Source of the DNA: Verrucomicrobiota bacterium
GTDB lineage: Bacteria; Bacteroidota; Bacteroidia; Flavobacteriales_E; Vicingaceae
DNA: 50,646 bases
Assembly: GCA_002713165.1 (NCBI GenBank)
Contig: PAVT01000010.1
Location: 1-50,646, forward strand
Direction of reading: 5' to 3'
This document shows positions 8,071 to 18,500 of this stretch, piece after piece. Position 1 is the stretch's first letter. The number at the start of each line of letters is the position of its first letter. A model generated the notes under the pieces. It made no database searches, was not told the origin of the DNA, and saw only the letters and a program-made list of their open reading frames with translations. A program made the translations under genes and the position numbers.

Positions 8071-11000
8071 CCATTAATTTACCGCTTCTCAACACTCCAT
8101 CAGTTCCGCTTAAACGATAAAAGTAAATTCCTGTATTTAGCTTGCTTACATTAATTCGGTGCAATTGTCCTTCTCTTAATCTTATTGTTCTTTGTTTTTT
8201 GCCCAATACATCAAACAATTCGAAGATTAGCACTTCATCTGCTTCAACAATATACTGTAAATTAACTTCTCCTTTGGTCGGGTTAGGATATAAATTCGGG
8301 TTAGGATATAAATTAAAATCATTTTCAACATTCTTTAGCCTTTTAAAAGGTTTGGCAGTTTGCTTTGGTGTTATCTCACAATCATTAACGCCTGTCATTA
8401 CTCCCATTCGCATTAAAACTCCACGAGCAAAATAAACCGCAATTCCATCATAATACGGACAGAGAGCAGCAATACGATACAAATCAATAGAATCATTTCT
8501 ACTCAAGGTATCTCCTCGCTTTACTTTTTCTTCTATCGTTTCAACCGTTAAAATATCTTGGTCAAAGTGGTCTAAAGCTGTTCGACTGATTGACCTTGTA
8601 TTTTTGCCCATTGCCTTACCCATTGCCGTATTTCTTACACTATCTGCAAAAGGCTTCCAAGCTGTATCGTTCCTTAAAACAGAATCTCTGCTCAACTGCC
8701 AATACAAGAGCTGTCGGCTCAATCGTAAAGCAGAATCTCCTGCATTTACCATATAAGTTGGCTTGCCTTTTAAAAACTGTCGGCTTGTGTTAATGTTGGT
8801 ATTGATTCCTGTTGTTGACGGGGTATTTCCACCTTTTAAACGCCTGTAAGTAGTACAACCTGTAGAACTTGCTGAATTTCCGCTATTGTCCTTAGACAAA
8901 GCAATTCCATTGTTTTGGTCTAAGTTAACGTCAATTGATGGATTGTAAGGGTTTGTGTTTTGTACAAATAAGGTACAATTACTTCCATCACTATTATCAG
9001 CGTAGGTATTACTAAAACCAAAAGTACCTTCCCATTCATTATCCGCAGCCGTTCCGCTTGCTCCAACATCTCCAATAAAGCCATTATTTGCCAATACAAA
9101 ACCATAGTAATTAGCTTTCATCAAATTTCTTTCAACTTCGGTATCAACATCGTTGCTTCCACTAAATCTTAGCCCTATGCCTGTGTGCTGTGCAGAATTA
9201 CAATTTACCACAGATTCAACCCCACTCGGATTCGCAGTATTTTCTATTGATATACCAATTACCCTTGGGTCAGTGTTGGGCGAAGAAAAAGTATATTTAA
9301 TAAGGTCTAACTCTACTTTGTTTTTTTCAACGGTGTAGCCGTTTGCGGTGTTTAAAACTCTTATCCCATAAGCTGGACTTGGTGGACAGGTAAATGGGAA
9401 GCAACCTCCACTAGCGGCAGTCTCATCGTTTAAATCGAGAATATCGTTAGATCTAATTGTAGCTTCAGTAAAGAAAGCGTCTATTCCAATTTTAGCATGT
9501 TTGATCTCATTGCCTGACACATCTATGCTCGCTGTTGTACCTAAGAGATAATTGATTACAGAAATCCCTGTCGAATAATGGTTGAATTTAGAGGTGTATG
9601 TGCTACCTGCTTGCACTTCCATATCGAGGACATTATCAAATATATCTACATTTACAGAATTGTAAACACCTATGCCCATAGTCACATTATAGATTTCATT
9701 TCCGGAAATTGTTACAGCTCCAAAATTAGCGGTAACTACCACAAAATTATCATCAGTTAAACTACTTCCATAATATGAAGAACCATCCTTATTTACAATA
9801 TTCTCGCTTATCTCTGAATGTGTATTATCAAAAACTAAAACGCATCTTTCATTGTCAACGAAGACATTATTTAGCACACTAAAACTAATAGAGTTACCCA
9901 ATAGTGTAGTGTATTCATTAAATCCATATGCTTCCACAGCCACATCTTTGATGTCTGGTCCATACAAGGGATCAGCGAAATCATAAAATTCATTGTGTCT
10001 TACTAAAACATCAGATTCATCCACTTTAACACTTCCACCTGTCCCATAAAATTGATTCACATTCGTTGGTTTAGTAATGGTATTTTCACCAATAATTACA
10101 TCATAAGTTAGCCCATATAAAGCACTCTGTTCAATAATTATACTGTGGTCTGGGTAAAACAATTGACTATTAGCATCTAGCAATGGAAGACTGCATTTAA
10201 ACTCTGAGTTTTTTACATCGATGGATGTACCTATTGATCCAACTAATAAGGTATTTCCATATTTTCTAATTGCATTTTTATTTCTGTCGAAGATTACACC
10301 ATCAACCAAAATATCTGGAAATCCATCAATTGAAATGGCTTCTGTGGCATTTGATATTCGGAATCTTCTATCGCCATTGGCGTTTGTTCCATTTATGGTC
10401 AATCTTGCACCACCTCCTTGAGAGTTTTGAACATGAATTTTATCCCAAAATTTATCAGGATCACACGTTTCTATGAAGTTTTCAACATCATCCGTATTCT
10501 GAAAAATTAAGTGAGCCCCATTGTTAACGGTAATCTTTGCTCCCTCTGACATGGTAAAATCACAATCTTCAAAGGTTACATCAGAATTAATGATCAACTC
10601 ACCAAGAACTTCAAACTTTTCATCACTTATTGTAGAGCCTTGAGAATTGACATTTGTAAATAACCATGATGCATCTGAACCATCAGGTATTTGAACCTTT
10701 GCTTGATAATTGGTTTCTACCAAAGTAACATTGTCTAATAATGTATAAAATCCCATACCAGAGGGCGTCCACATTGTATTGTATATCAAAAGTCTATTGT
10801 AATTGTCATTAACAGCAGGCGTAATGAAAGAAAAAGTTTGGAAATTACAGGTCAATTGATTTCCTGGGATTGTTGCTATCACTTGCCCTGGGGTATTGTG
10901 TACATTTTTATTTCGAGGAAATCCTATATTGGTAATATTGGTTTCATTTGTTAGAACAACAAACACATTATCAGGCTGTGAAACATTACAACTTGCTCCA

Positions 11001-11398
11001 ACACAACCTCCACCTCCATTAATTGCTAAATCAATATTAAAGCTATACTGTTTACCTATATCAGTTACAGTCAATAATCGATTTACGAGTGCTTCAGATG
11101 ATGTTGTCATAGCACAATTTCCACCAGAACAATTAGGGTTAACTTTTACTCTTTTATAATACAACCTCGCCAATGCGTTTTGGTTTGTACAACTGGGGAC
11201 ATTCACATAATCAGAAGATCCAGCAGCACTTTCCCAAAGACAAACATTATTTGCATCAAATGGGGCTGATCGCAATCCAACTATATTTTTTCTAGTATAT
11301 TCAAATGTTCCATTTCCAAGTAAACTGCCACAAGTTTTAATATTATCACATGCAGGACTTATAATTAATTGATTTATATTAAACTGGAAATTTGTCAA
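8063..11398 (-). CDS. Parallel beta-helix repeat protein with T9SS sorting domain; downstream part of a frameshift-split gene
   Basis: 1111-aa ORF whose only start is a TTG inside a duplicated 29-mer, with no signal peptide. PbH1-like repeats are present (ISGNEIYNV, VSGNEIKHA, LNNVFVDNERC, ISENIVNKDG). Sorting domain LYPNPTKGEV...LNTGIYFYRLSGTDGVLRSGKLMVE. Confidence 0.8.
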   Translation of the reverse strand: MTNFQFNINQLIISPACDNIKTCGSLLGNGTFEYTRKNIVGLRSAPFDANNVCLWESAAGSSDYVNVPSCTNQNALARLYYKRVKVNPNCSGGNCAMTTSSEALVNRLLTVTDIGKQYSFNIDLAINGGGGCVGASCNVSQPDNVFVVLTNETNITNIGFPRNKNVHNTPGQVIATIPGNQLTCNFQTFSFITPAVNDNYNRLLIYNTMWTPSGMGFYTLLDNVTLVETNYQAKVQIPDGSDASWLFTNVNSQGSTISDEKFEVLGELIINSDVTFEDCDFTMSEGAKITVNNGAHLIFQNTDDVENFIETCDPDKFWDKIHVQNSQGGGARLTINGTNANGDRRFRISNATEAISIDGFPDILVDGVIFDRNKNAIRKYGNTLLVGSIGTSIDVKNSEFKCSLPLLDANSQLFYPDHSIIIEQSALYGLTYDVIIGENTITKPTNVNQFYGTGGSVKVDESDVLVRHNEFYDFADPLYGPDIKDVAVEAYGFNEYTTLLGNSISFSVLNNVFVDNERCVLVFDNTHSEISENIVNKDGSSYYGSSLTDDNFVVVTANFGAVTISGNEIYNVTMGIGVYNSVNVDIFDNVLDMEVQAGSTYTSKFNHYSTGISVINYLLGTTASIDVSGNEIKHAKIGIDAFFTEATIRSNDILDLNDETAASGGCFPFTCPPSPAYGIRVLNTANGYTVEKNKVELDLIKYTFSSPNTDPRVIGISIENTANPSGVESVVNCNSAQHTGIGLRFSGSNDVDTEVERNLMKANYYGFVLANNGFIGDVGASGTAADNEWEGTFGFSNTYADNSDGSNCTLFVQNTNPYNPSIDVNLDQNNGIALSKDNSGNSASSTGCTTYRRLKGGNTPSTTGINTNINTSRQFLKGKPTYMVNAGDSALRLSRQLLYWQLSRDSVLRNDTAWKPFADSVRNTAMGKAMGKNTRSISRTALDHFDQDILTVETIEEKVKRGDTLSRNDSIDLYRIAALCPYYDGIAVYFARGVLMRMGVMTGVNDCEITPKQTAKPFKRLKNVENDFNLYPNPNLYPNPTKGEVNLQYIVEADEVLIFELFDVLGKKQRTIRLREGQLHRINVSKLNTGIYFYRLSGTDGVLRSGKLMVE
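8279..8314 (-). repeat. Exact 18-bp x2 in-frame tandem duplication
   Basis: cgggttaggatataaatt occurs at 8279-8296 and 8297-8314. It encodes NLYPNP-NLYPNP at the start of the sorting domain. Confidence 0.9.
9482..9698 (-). repeat. Partner of the 6871-7087 high-identity block
   Basis: See 6871-7087. Confidence 0.85.
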
Positions 11399-11430
11399 CT
11401 GTTTATATTAAACTGGAAATTTGTCAACTG
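11373..11430 (-). repeat. Exact 29-bp x2 tandem duplication causing a frameshift
   Basis: tttatattaaactggaaatttgtcaactg occurs at 11373-11401 and is repeated exactly at 11402-11430. Confidence 0.95.
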
Positions 11431-11856
11431 AAGATTGCCCATACCACTTCGGTCTAGATCTATGAGATATGTTTTCCCGTTCTCTAACTTATTTGTTATT
11501 AGCTCATTGGCTTCAATAAATTCATCTTCAACCATTGTTTTAGTGTGCACTAATAATAAATTCCCACAACTTAGCTTCTCATAAACTTTGATCTCACTTA
11601 AAATATTTAAAGAAAGGTTAGAAGAATTGTCCTCGGCAACTGTCAATACTGTGGTATCTGTGTATAGTAGGGTATCTATATTGGGCACATATTCAAAGAA
11701 AATATTGGTTTGCTGGTCTTGAAAAACATGACTGTAAGGCACACCTTCAGTTATTAATGTGGCGTTAGCGCAATCGACTCCAGAATTATTCCCTGAGGCT
11801 TTTGCAATAATAGGTATAAATAATAGAGAGAATATAAGAGGTAAGAATGATTTCAT
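11395..11856 (-). CDS. N-terminal fragment (signal peptide plus first domain) of the split beta-helix T9SS protein
   Basis: 153 aa. Signal peptide MKSFLPLIFSLLFIPIIAKA. It ends ...LQLTNFQFNINS*, while the next ORF begins (M)TNFQFNINQ. The same peptide is encoded by the two copies of the 29-mer. Confidence 0.75.
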   Translation of the reverse strand: MKSFLPLIFSLLFIPIIAKASGNNSGVDCANATLITEGVPYSHVFQDQQTNIFFEYVPNIDTLLYTDTTVLTVAEDNSSNLSLNILSEIKVYEKLSCGNLLLVHTKTMVEDEFIEANELITNKLENGKTYLIDLDRSGMGNLQLTNFQFNINS

Positions 11857-11885
11857 GGTTTATCTTTGTTTGAAGTGAATAAATA

Positions 11886-11893
11886 CAAACATA
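11886..11893 (-). promoter_or_regulatory. Candidate Bacteroidetes -7 box (TAnnTTTG) for the T9SS cargo cluster
   Basis: The minus strand reads TATGTTTG, 29 nt upstream of the ATG at 11856. No clean -33 TTTG was seen. Confidence 0.3.
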
Positions 11894-11952
11894 TACAGAA
11901 GAAAATTCTTTTACTAGAGTATAAATACCTGTTTTTTAAATCATTTCTGCAC

Positions 11953-11982
11953 AAAAAAAGCCGTCACTATGGACGGCTTTTT
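11953..11982 (-). terminator. Rho-independent (bidirectional-looking) terminator downstream of the 12000-12533 gene
   Basis: Stem gccgtc/gacggc with a 6-nt loop, flanked by A7 and T5. On the minus strand the hairpin is followed by TTTTTTT. Confidence 0.7.
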
Positions 11983-11999
11983 AAATAAACTGTGTTTTT

Positions 12000-12533
12000 T
12001 TAATTGGCTGCAAAGCTTTTTGCTGAAGCAATCATGGCTTCTACAGCGCCTTTGCTGTAGGCTTCGCCCAAGCTTTTAATTTCTACGATGTCTCCTTGCA
12101 TTTCTGCCGTAAAGAAAAAGTGGTATTCAGGAGCAATGTCGCTGTCCTTGATTTGCTTTTCATAAAACAACAATTGATCAGTAGCCTCAATAAAGTTGAT
12201 TTCATAGACCAAGTCACTTTCCAATTCGGCCTTCACTTCGGCTACGCTCATGCCATAAGGCACCAATTCAATGCCGTAGCGGTTGCCTACACGTATTTCG
12301 AGGCTGCCCCAATCGGTCATGTTTACTTCTGCCTTGCCTTTGGAAGCATCTGGAATGGGAATTGTCGCAGGCATACCGTATTCACTCAAATCCAAGGCCT
12401 CCATATTGGCGGCGGCTTTTGTTTCTTCTACTGCTTCTGTACTTTCTTCTGTGTCATTCGTTGTACTGCTGTTTTCACAAGCGGCCAAGAAAATAGAAAG
12501 GCCAAGAACAGCGATGGGGATGATTTTTTTCAT
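12000..12533 (-). CDS. Lipoprotein of unknown function
   Basis: The start was moved to MKKIIPIAVLGLSIFLAAC|E (lipobox LAAC). A low-complexity acidic linker is followed by a ~120-aa domain. The gene lies 40 nt downstream of the alpha-2-macroglobulin gene. Confidence 0.75.
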   Translation of the reverse strand: MKKIIPIAVLGLSIFLAACENSSTTNDTEESTEAVEETKAAANMEALDLSEYGMPATIPIPDASKGKAEVNMTDWGSLEIRVGNRYGIELVPYGMSVAEVKAELESDLVYEINFIEATDQLLFYEKQIKDSDIAPEYHFFFTAEMQGDIVEIKSLGEAYSKGAVEAMIASAKSFAAN

Positions 12534-12573
12534 AGGAATGGTTTTGTTTAGGACAAATATAACCCATGCAATT

Positions 12574-15500
12574 TTAAGGGGCCAACACCTTGATTTCAGG
12601 GGCAGCACTGTGTGCATTAAACTCTGGTGCATATTGACTCTGAATACTGCTCAGGCCAGAGGTAAATCTTCCCTCTTGCGTTAACCATACATCGTATGAA
12701 AGCAGGTAAATGCCTTTGGGCAAATAGTCGATAAAGAAATGTGTCGAGGCATCTTTGGTGCTGAAATAATAGCCCAAACCTTCCTTCCATTGATGGCCAG
12801 ACAAGACTGCAGTGGGCTCAAAAGCTGCAGCCCTTTCATCTTTGAGGTGGACAAATTCAAAATCTTGGTCTGTCTTCACCCTCAATTGAATGCGCAAGCG
12901 ATCGCCCAACTGGGCTTGATTTTCTACAATGGGTAACAAGACTTCTTTGTTGTTTTCAACCGCTACTTTGTACATGCTTTTTTCAAGAATCAATGGGCCA
13001 TGGGCAGATGCCTCTACCAAATTGGAAGCTTGTTCGTACTGCCAATGCAATGCTCCCCATGCCGCAGTGCTCCCTTTATGTTGTATGTCTACTTCTCCGA
13101 GTCTAGCATTTATTTCTCCTGCAGACCATGTTTTTTTCAGGTAGCCGCTACCGGCTTCTGTGTCATTGTCTTCCGAAACGATTGTTCCACCCACGGCGAT
13201 GGTTGACATAGAGGTGGTAGAAAGCAAGTCTCCGTTCATCAAGAGGGCATAACAAGCCGCAGCGGTGGAAGCATTGCTTTCCCAAACGTGGGATTGCTTG
13301 TTTTTCAGCAACCATTTTTTCAGTCCATCGATGTATTCTTGTTGCGCATTCATTTGCTCAAAGAGCTCAATCATCAAGGCGTGTACTTCAATTTGAGAAC
13401 GTTTCCACGAATAGGCTGTATTGGCTTTCCAATACATTCCATTGTCTTCTTCCAAAAGGGCGTGGTCAATCAAAGAATTCAATATTTTATGGCTAATGTC
13501 TGCATCTCCATAAAGTCGTTTAAAACTGAGCGCAATGCTTGCTTTGTCTTGTAAATTGGCATCTACCCATTGAGATTGGGCCTTGTCGATGTAAAATTGA
13601 AAGGCCTCATGATGCTTGACGACTGTTTCACCAAAATAGCTTCTGCAATAGAGGTATTGAATTTCTAAACCACTTAATCGATGTTCCTCTAATCGATGTT
13701 TTTCTTTGAGTTTGAGGTAAGCGGTCTTCATTTCATCGTCGAGGTAACTGATCGCATCTTGAATCATGGGTTCTTTTTCATTCAACACCTTTAATTGGAC
13801 CAACTGCCCTAAACCGCTTAAGATGTCTTGGGTAATGTATCGGTTGGGCCGCATGCCTTTAAACCAAGACCACGCACCGTTCGGCAATTGGTTGGCACTC
13901 AACTTCTCCAGTGCTTCTTTTTCTAAATAGTCATTTTGGTTGCTGTTAAAGAGGGCGGCCAATCTTCTTTTTTGGGCGGTTTCGCTCAAGGCCTTTTGTT
14001 GCCATGGGCTTTCTTGAATGTGAATGCTCTTCAATTCCTCATTGCTCTGAAGCTTGGATTGCAGTGCTTCTGCATTCGACGATTTCCACTGTGCATAGAT
14101 GCGTTCTATCTGAGGATTTGCCTCTACAAGCATTCGGGCCAATTTATTGGCAAAATACTGCTTGAAGATTTGTTCGCTGCTAGGATGTTCAGGACTGCTC
14201 AAATAGGGCAATGCTTGCACTGCATACCAAGCCGGATTGGAAGTAAATTCTAAGGTGTAAGATTTCTGTTTTATGGTGGCATCCTTGAGACTGTTGATGA
14301 ATTTCGAATAAACGATCTTTTTGCTTTGTTCAGGGTTAAGGTTAAGCGGTACACTTTCTGTCACCAGACTTTTGTTGCTAAGAATGGGGATAATCCCTTC
14401 TTCACCATCGGTCACATCAGTGGCATTGGCGCTTAGTCGATACATCAAATGCGCCATTCCTTCAGGCACCACAATCGTCCAACTTACTTTTTTGTTTTGT
14501 TGAGCAGGCACATCAACCTTTTTCAAACGATGTGTTGCCTCAAGAATGTCTAAGGGAGTTTCAGTATGTGCATCCAAGAACTGAATGTTGGCAGTAGCCC
14601 TCAGTTTGGCTTTAGTGTCATTGTTGATCACTGCATTCAGATGAAGGGTATCTCCAGATCGCATAAATCGTGGTGCATTCAATTGTACGCTCAGGGCCTT
14701 TTTGCTGACAATCTCTTTAGTGATCAGGGCACTGCTTAAATCTTTGGAATGGGCCAACAATTGAAGTTTCCATTTCCCGATGCTTTCAGGCAATTCAAAT
14801 GTGAGTTCAGCTTTTCCTTCTTTATCGGTTCTGAGCATGGGGAAGAAAAAGGCTGTTTCATTGAAGTCGGATCGGTAATGGATGGCCTCAGGAGATTCTT
14901 TTGAAACAGCGGCATTGTCATCAGCCGCCATGAATTCTTCGGATTTTCGTTGTAGAGGAGCATTAGAGAGATTACCACGGTCTGCTTGCATCATTTGCAC
15001 AGATCGATAGTGCATGGGGTAATGTCCTAAATGAAAGCCAAACCAGTTTAAGGAGGGATATGTCTTGACATAAGGGCTTGTATATGCCTCTGTTTTTCCT
15101 CCATACCAAGAAGGATGCTGCGATTTAAAATTATCACTCCACCTCCAGGGCAGCTGGGTTCTGCGTTCTTGAAACACAGAAAAGGACCATTTAAAAGGAC
15201 TGATCTTGTCCAAAGATTTGTCATACATGCCGGCTAAAATTTCTGTGTCTCTCAGACGGTTTTTAGCATCTTTGATGCGAACGGTCCAGGTAATTTTGTC
15301 GCCAGGACCATATTCTTTTTCAATCTCCTCCACCTTTACATCCAGTTTTTTATTGGTGTAGGGTACTTTGATGATGTTTTGATGATGAATTGTTCGATTG
15401 TCATAGACACCATAGAACTGCACCGTGAAATTTCCGCGGTATTCTTCCTTGATGGGAAAGGAGAGTGTTTTCTGTTCATTATTTAATAAAAGTGGAAAAG

Positions 15501-18500
15501 ACTCTACGACTTTGTTTTTCAGAAGGACTTCACAATGGAGGTGAATGTTGTTCAAGCTGCTGCCAATGAGCATGGATACCGTATCTCCAACATCTCCTTG
15601 CTCTTGCAAAGGATGAAGATAAAAGAAGGATGAAAGTGCAGTCTTATTGGAATAAAGATCATGCAATAGTATTCTTTTTTCCAACTCCAATAATTTTCCG
15701 TTGGCGTCTTTGGCGCTGACTTTTAAGAGGTAGGCTCCCTGTTTGATTTGACGGAACAGATCCAATGCCTGATTCGTCATGACTGAAGAGGATGCAATTA
15801 AGGTCCCTTTAGGATAGTCTTCAATGCCTTTAATGTTCTCTTGACTGAAACTAGGGAAAAATTGAGCGTATTGTTTTTTAGGAATATGCTTGCGGTCTGT
15901 TGTTCCCCAATACTTTGATTTGAATGCTTTTTGAGGAGCCTCTAATGCAAAAAGCTCGAGTTTAACTTTTGTATTTACCGCTTTGCCTTCGATGTTTTTT
16001 GCAGAAATCATTAAGGCTTTCAATTCATCAAGTGTAGTGTGCTGCTTGAGGTTCATACTCAAAAAGAGTGCTTGATCACTCAATTGCATTTCCTTTTTAC
16101 CAAACTGTGTTTCTCCACTTAAATGAGTAGCCTCAATCGTTATGGTGTAGCTGTATGAGTTGGGTGTTATTTGATTTTTTTTCTTTGCCCCTTGTGGTAA
16201 AAAATCAAAGGAGAATTTACCTGATGCATCAGAAGTTATGCCGCCACTCGCTACAATGATGGGTTTACTCGGTGGGAAATAGCTGCGATAATACCAGTCT
16301 ACAGGATAAACAATGTTTCTACGCTCAATGCGGTAGGTGAGCTTGCAGTCGTTGAGTGGCATGCCTGAGAATGCTTGAACACGCCCACGAATGTTTACCA
16401 ATGTGTTTAAATGTACCGATTGGTCTAAACTGTCAAACAGCACTTCAAATGTGGGTCGTTTGTATGCCTCAACACTGATGTTGGCAACGCTAAAATTATC
16501 TTGAAGGCGAAAATTGCCATTCAATCCACTTAAAGGAAGGTCGAAACTACCATGATAGGAGCCAAAGGCATTGGTTGTAAGCTCCATACTACTGACCAAT
16601 TCTCCATTTTTATTGTACAAGCCTACTTTAATGTCCTTGTTTGCAAGAGCTTTTTTGTTGTCCTTTTCAGTAGAAGTGACTATGCCCTTGAAATGGACGG
16701 TTTGCCCTGGACGATACAGTTTTCTGTCTGTAAAAAGGTGAGAGTTGATCTGTGCATTGGTTGGTGTATTATTGGGGTAGAGGTAATGACTGGACAAATC
16801 AACAAGGGTGTCCTTAGCTGAATGGATGAAAAAGCGAACTGCGCCTCGTTCTTTTGCTTGGAGGCTGATCATTCCTTTTGCATTGGGGGTTTTTGAATCT
16901 TCCTTAATCCATGAATTCGTGTAATTCTTGTCTCGAACATTCCGATACAATTCCAGTTTAGCATTGTGCAAGTTTTCTCCAGTTTTTCGTTCCAATAAAT
17001 GAAATTCCAATTCATTTCTCGCCCTTGTTTGTCTGCTCAAATAGCTCAAATTGCTCACTTGAAAATGCATAAAGGCAATTTTACTTTGCTCAGGCTTGAA
17101 GGTTTCATCGGTGGAGACCAATAAATAATAATTACCAAGCGCTTGTGCTTTTAAAAACAGCTCGGTGGCATGGGTTTGGTGGTCTGTCTCCTCAGGCAGT
17201 TGTTCTGTCCATACCTTTAAAGCGGGAATCTTTAAAAGCTTGCTGAGGTTATCATAATGGGGCAATTGTGTCTTGTTAGGCAATTCATGCGGCTTCTTGA
17301 TGAGTCTAAAATGAAGCTTTTTGACATTTTTATACTCCACATAATACAAGATGGATTCTTCTTCTGTGTACACTGATTCTGAAATCAGGTGAACATTGGC
17401 TTGAGTAATTGCACGGTTTATTTGCTGAAAGTTATTTCCATAAAGGGGGTCGTTGAGGAATTCCTGACACACTTTGAGCGCTTTGTTTAAATGCCATCGA
17501 TGGCTTTCATCTTCTTTTGCAAAATAATAGCGCTGTCCCATTTCAAAATAGAACTGGGCAATTGCCAGATTTACTTCACTTTGGTGTTCTTCTGGAGATG
17601 TCGATTTCATTTTATTCAAAGCATCCAAGAAGATTGAATCTGTACTTGGATGGTGGACTTGACGTCGAAAATAGTTTAAGCGCTGAAGGTCAAAATCGAC
17701 CATAGCGGCCGTTTCGTTTCGTGCTTGATGATGACAAATGCTGCTTTGGTAAATGGATGCGACAAGGGAGAACGCAGAGGAATCATTGCCCAAGGGCAGT
17801 GTGCAGTATTCTTCGATGGGTGAAAACCATTTCGAGACATCTGTTTTTGTAATTGAAGGGCGAAAGGTGTTGGTAGATCTTAGCTCAAAATGCCTTAAAG
17901 CGCGATCCACAAGCAGGTCGTACAATGATGGCCTGTAATCATACATTTTTGGCGGCAAAACTTCAGTTGAGGGTATATTCAAGATATAATCATAGTCCTT
18001 TAGCGGAGTTTCAATGCTTGTTTCAACATCCTTTACAGACATCAAATACAAAAGATCAATGCGCTTTTCCAGTGTTTCCGCCGACCAGGTTCTAAAGTCC
18101 TCATCAGTGTGTTCAGCACGTTCACTTCGTTCATTCAGTTTCCAACGATTTTGTTGAAGGTATTGATGGTACAATTCGGCTGTTGCTGAAGACAACAATT
18201 GTTTAAGTGGGGCAGCAGCATAGTCTAATTTTTCCTCAAAGCTGTTGATGATTTTATAGCTTGATGCCTCCTCAATGCTATGGAGGTGTTTGGAACGAAT
18301 GGAAAGTGCTTTGAAAATGTGGTTTGTCTCATTTTCGTTTATCGCTTTTTCAAGAATGAGATTTGTTTGTTCAATGATCTTTTTCCCCAGTCCTTTTTTC
18401 TCCATTTCTTCTACCTCGTCCCACATCGCTTCGTAGTTTACTTCAGGATCAGCAGATGTTTCTGCGACTTGGGATCTGCTCTTGCAATTGAAGTTTAAGA

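Larger units (their letters stand above)
8063..11856 (-). pseudogene. Reconstructed single gene (1254 aa after removing one 29-mer copy), currently frameshifted
   Basis: 11856-8063+1 = 3794 nt, and 3794-29 = 3765 = 1255 codons. Reading through one copy gives ...GNLQLTNFQFNINQLIISPACDN, which joins both ORFs. Confidence 0.65.

Noticed and set aside
12096-12684. Two long plus-strand ORFs (151 and 133 aa) overlapping the 12000-12533 lipoprotein gene and the A2M 3' end.
   Set aside because: They are antisense shadows of genes with strong coding evidence (lipobox signal peptide, A2M C-terminal domain). Their translations are low-complexity with no motifs and no plausible start context.
12739-18498. 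About a dozen 60-105-aa plus-strand ORFs inside the A2M gene, and similar ORFs antisense to polA (43762-45191), sucA/sucB, the RND exporter and cysS.
   Set aside because: These are typical random antisense ORFs within long genes. None has a recognisable motif, and all are fully contained in well-supported CDSs.
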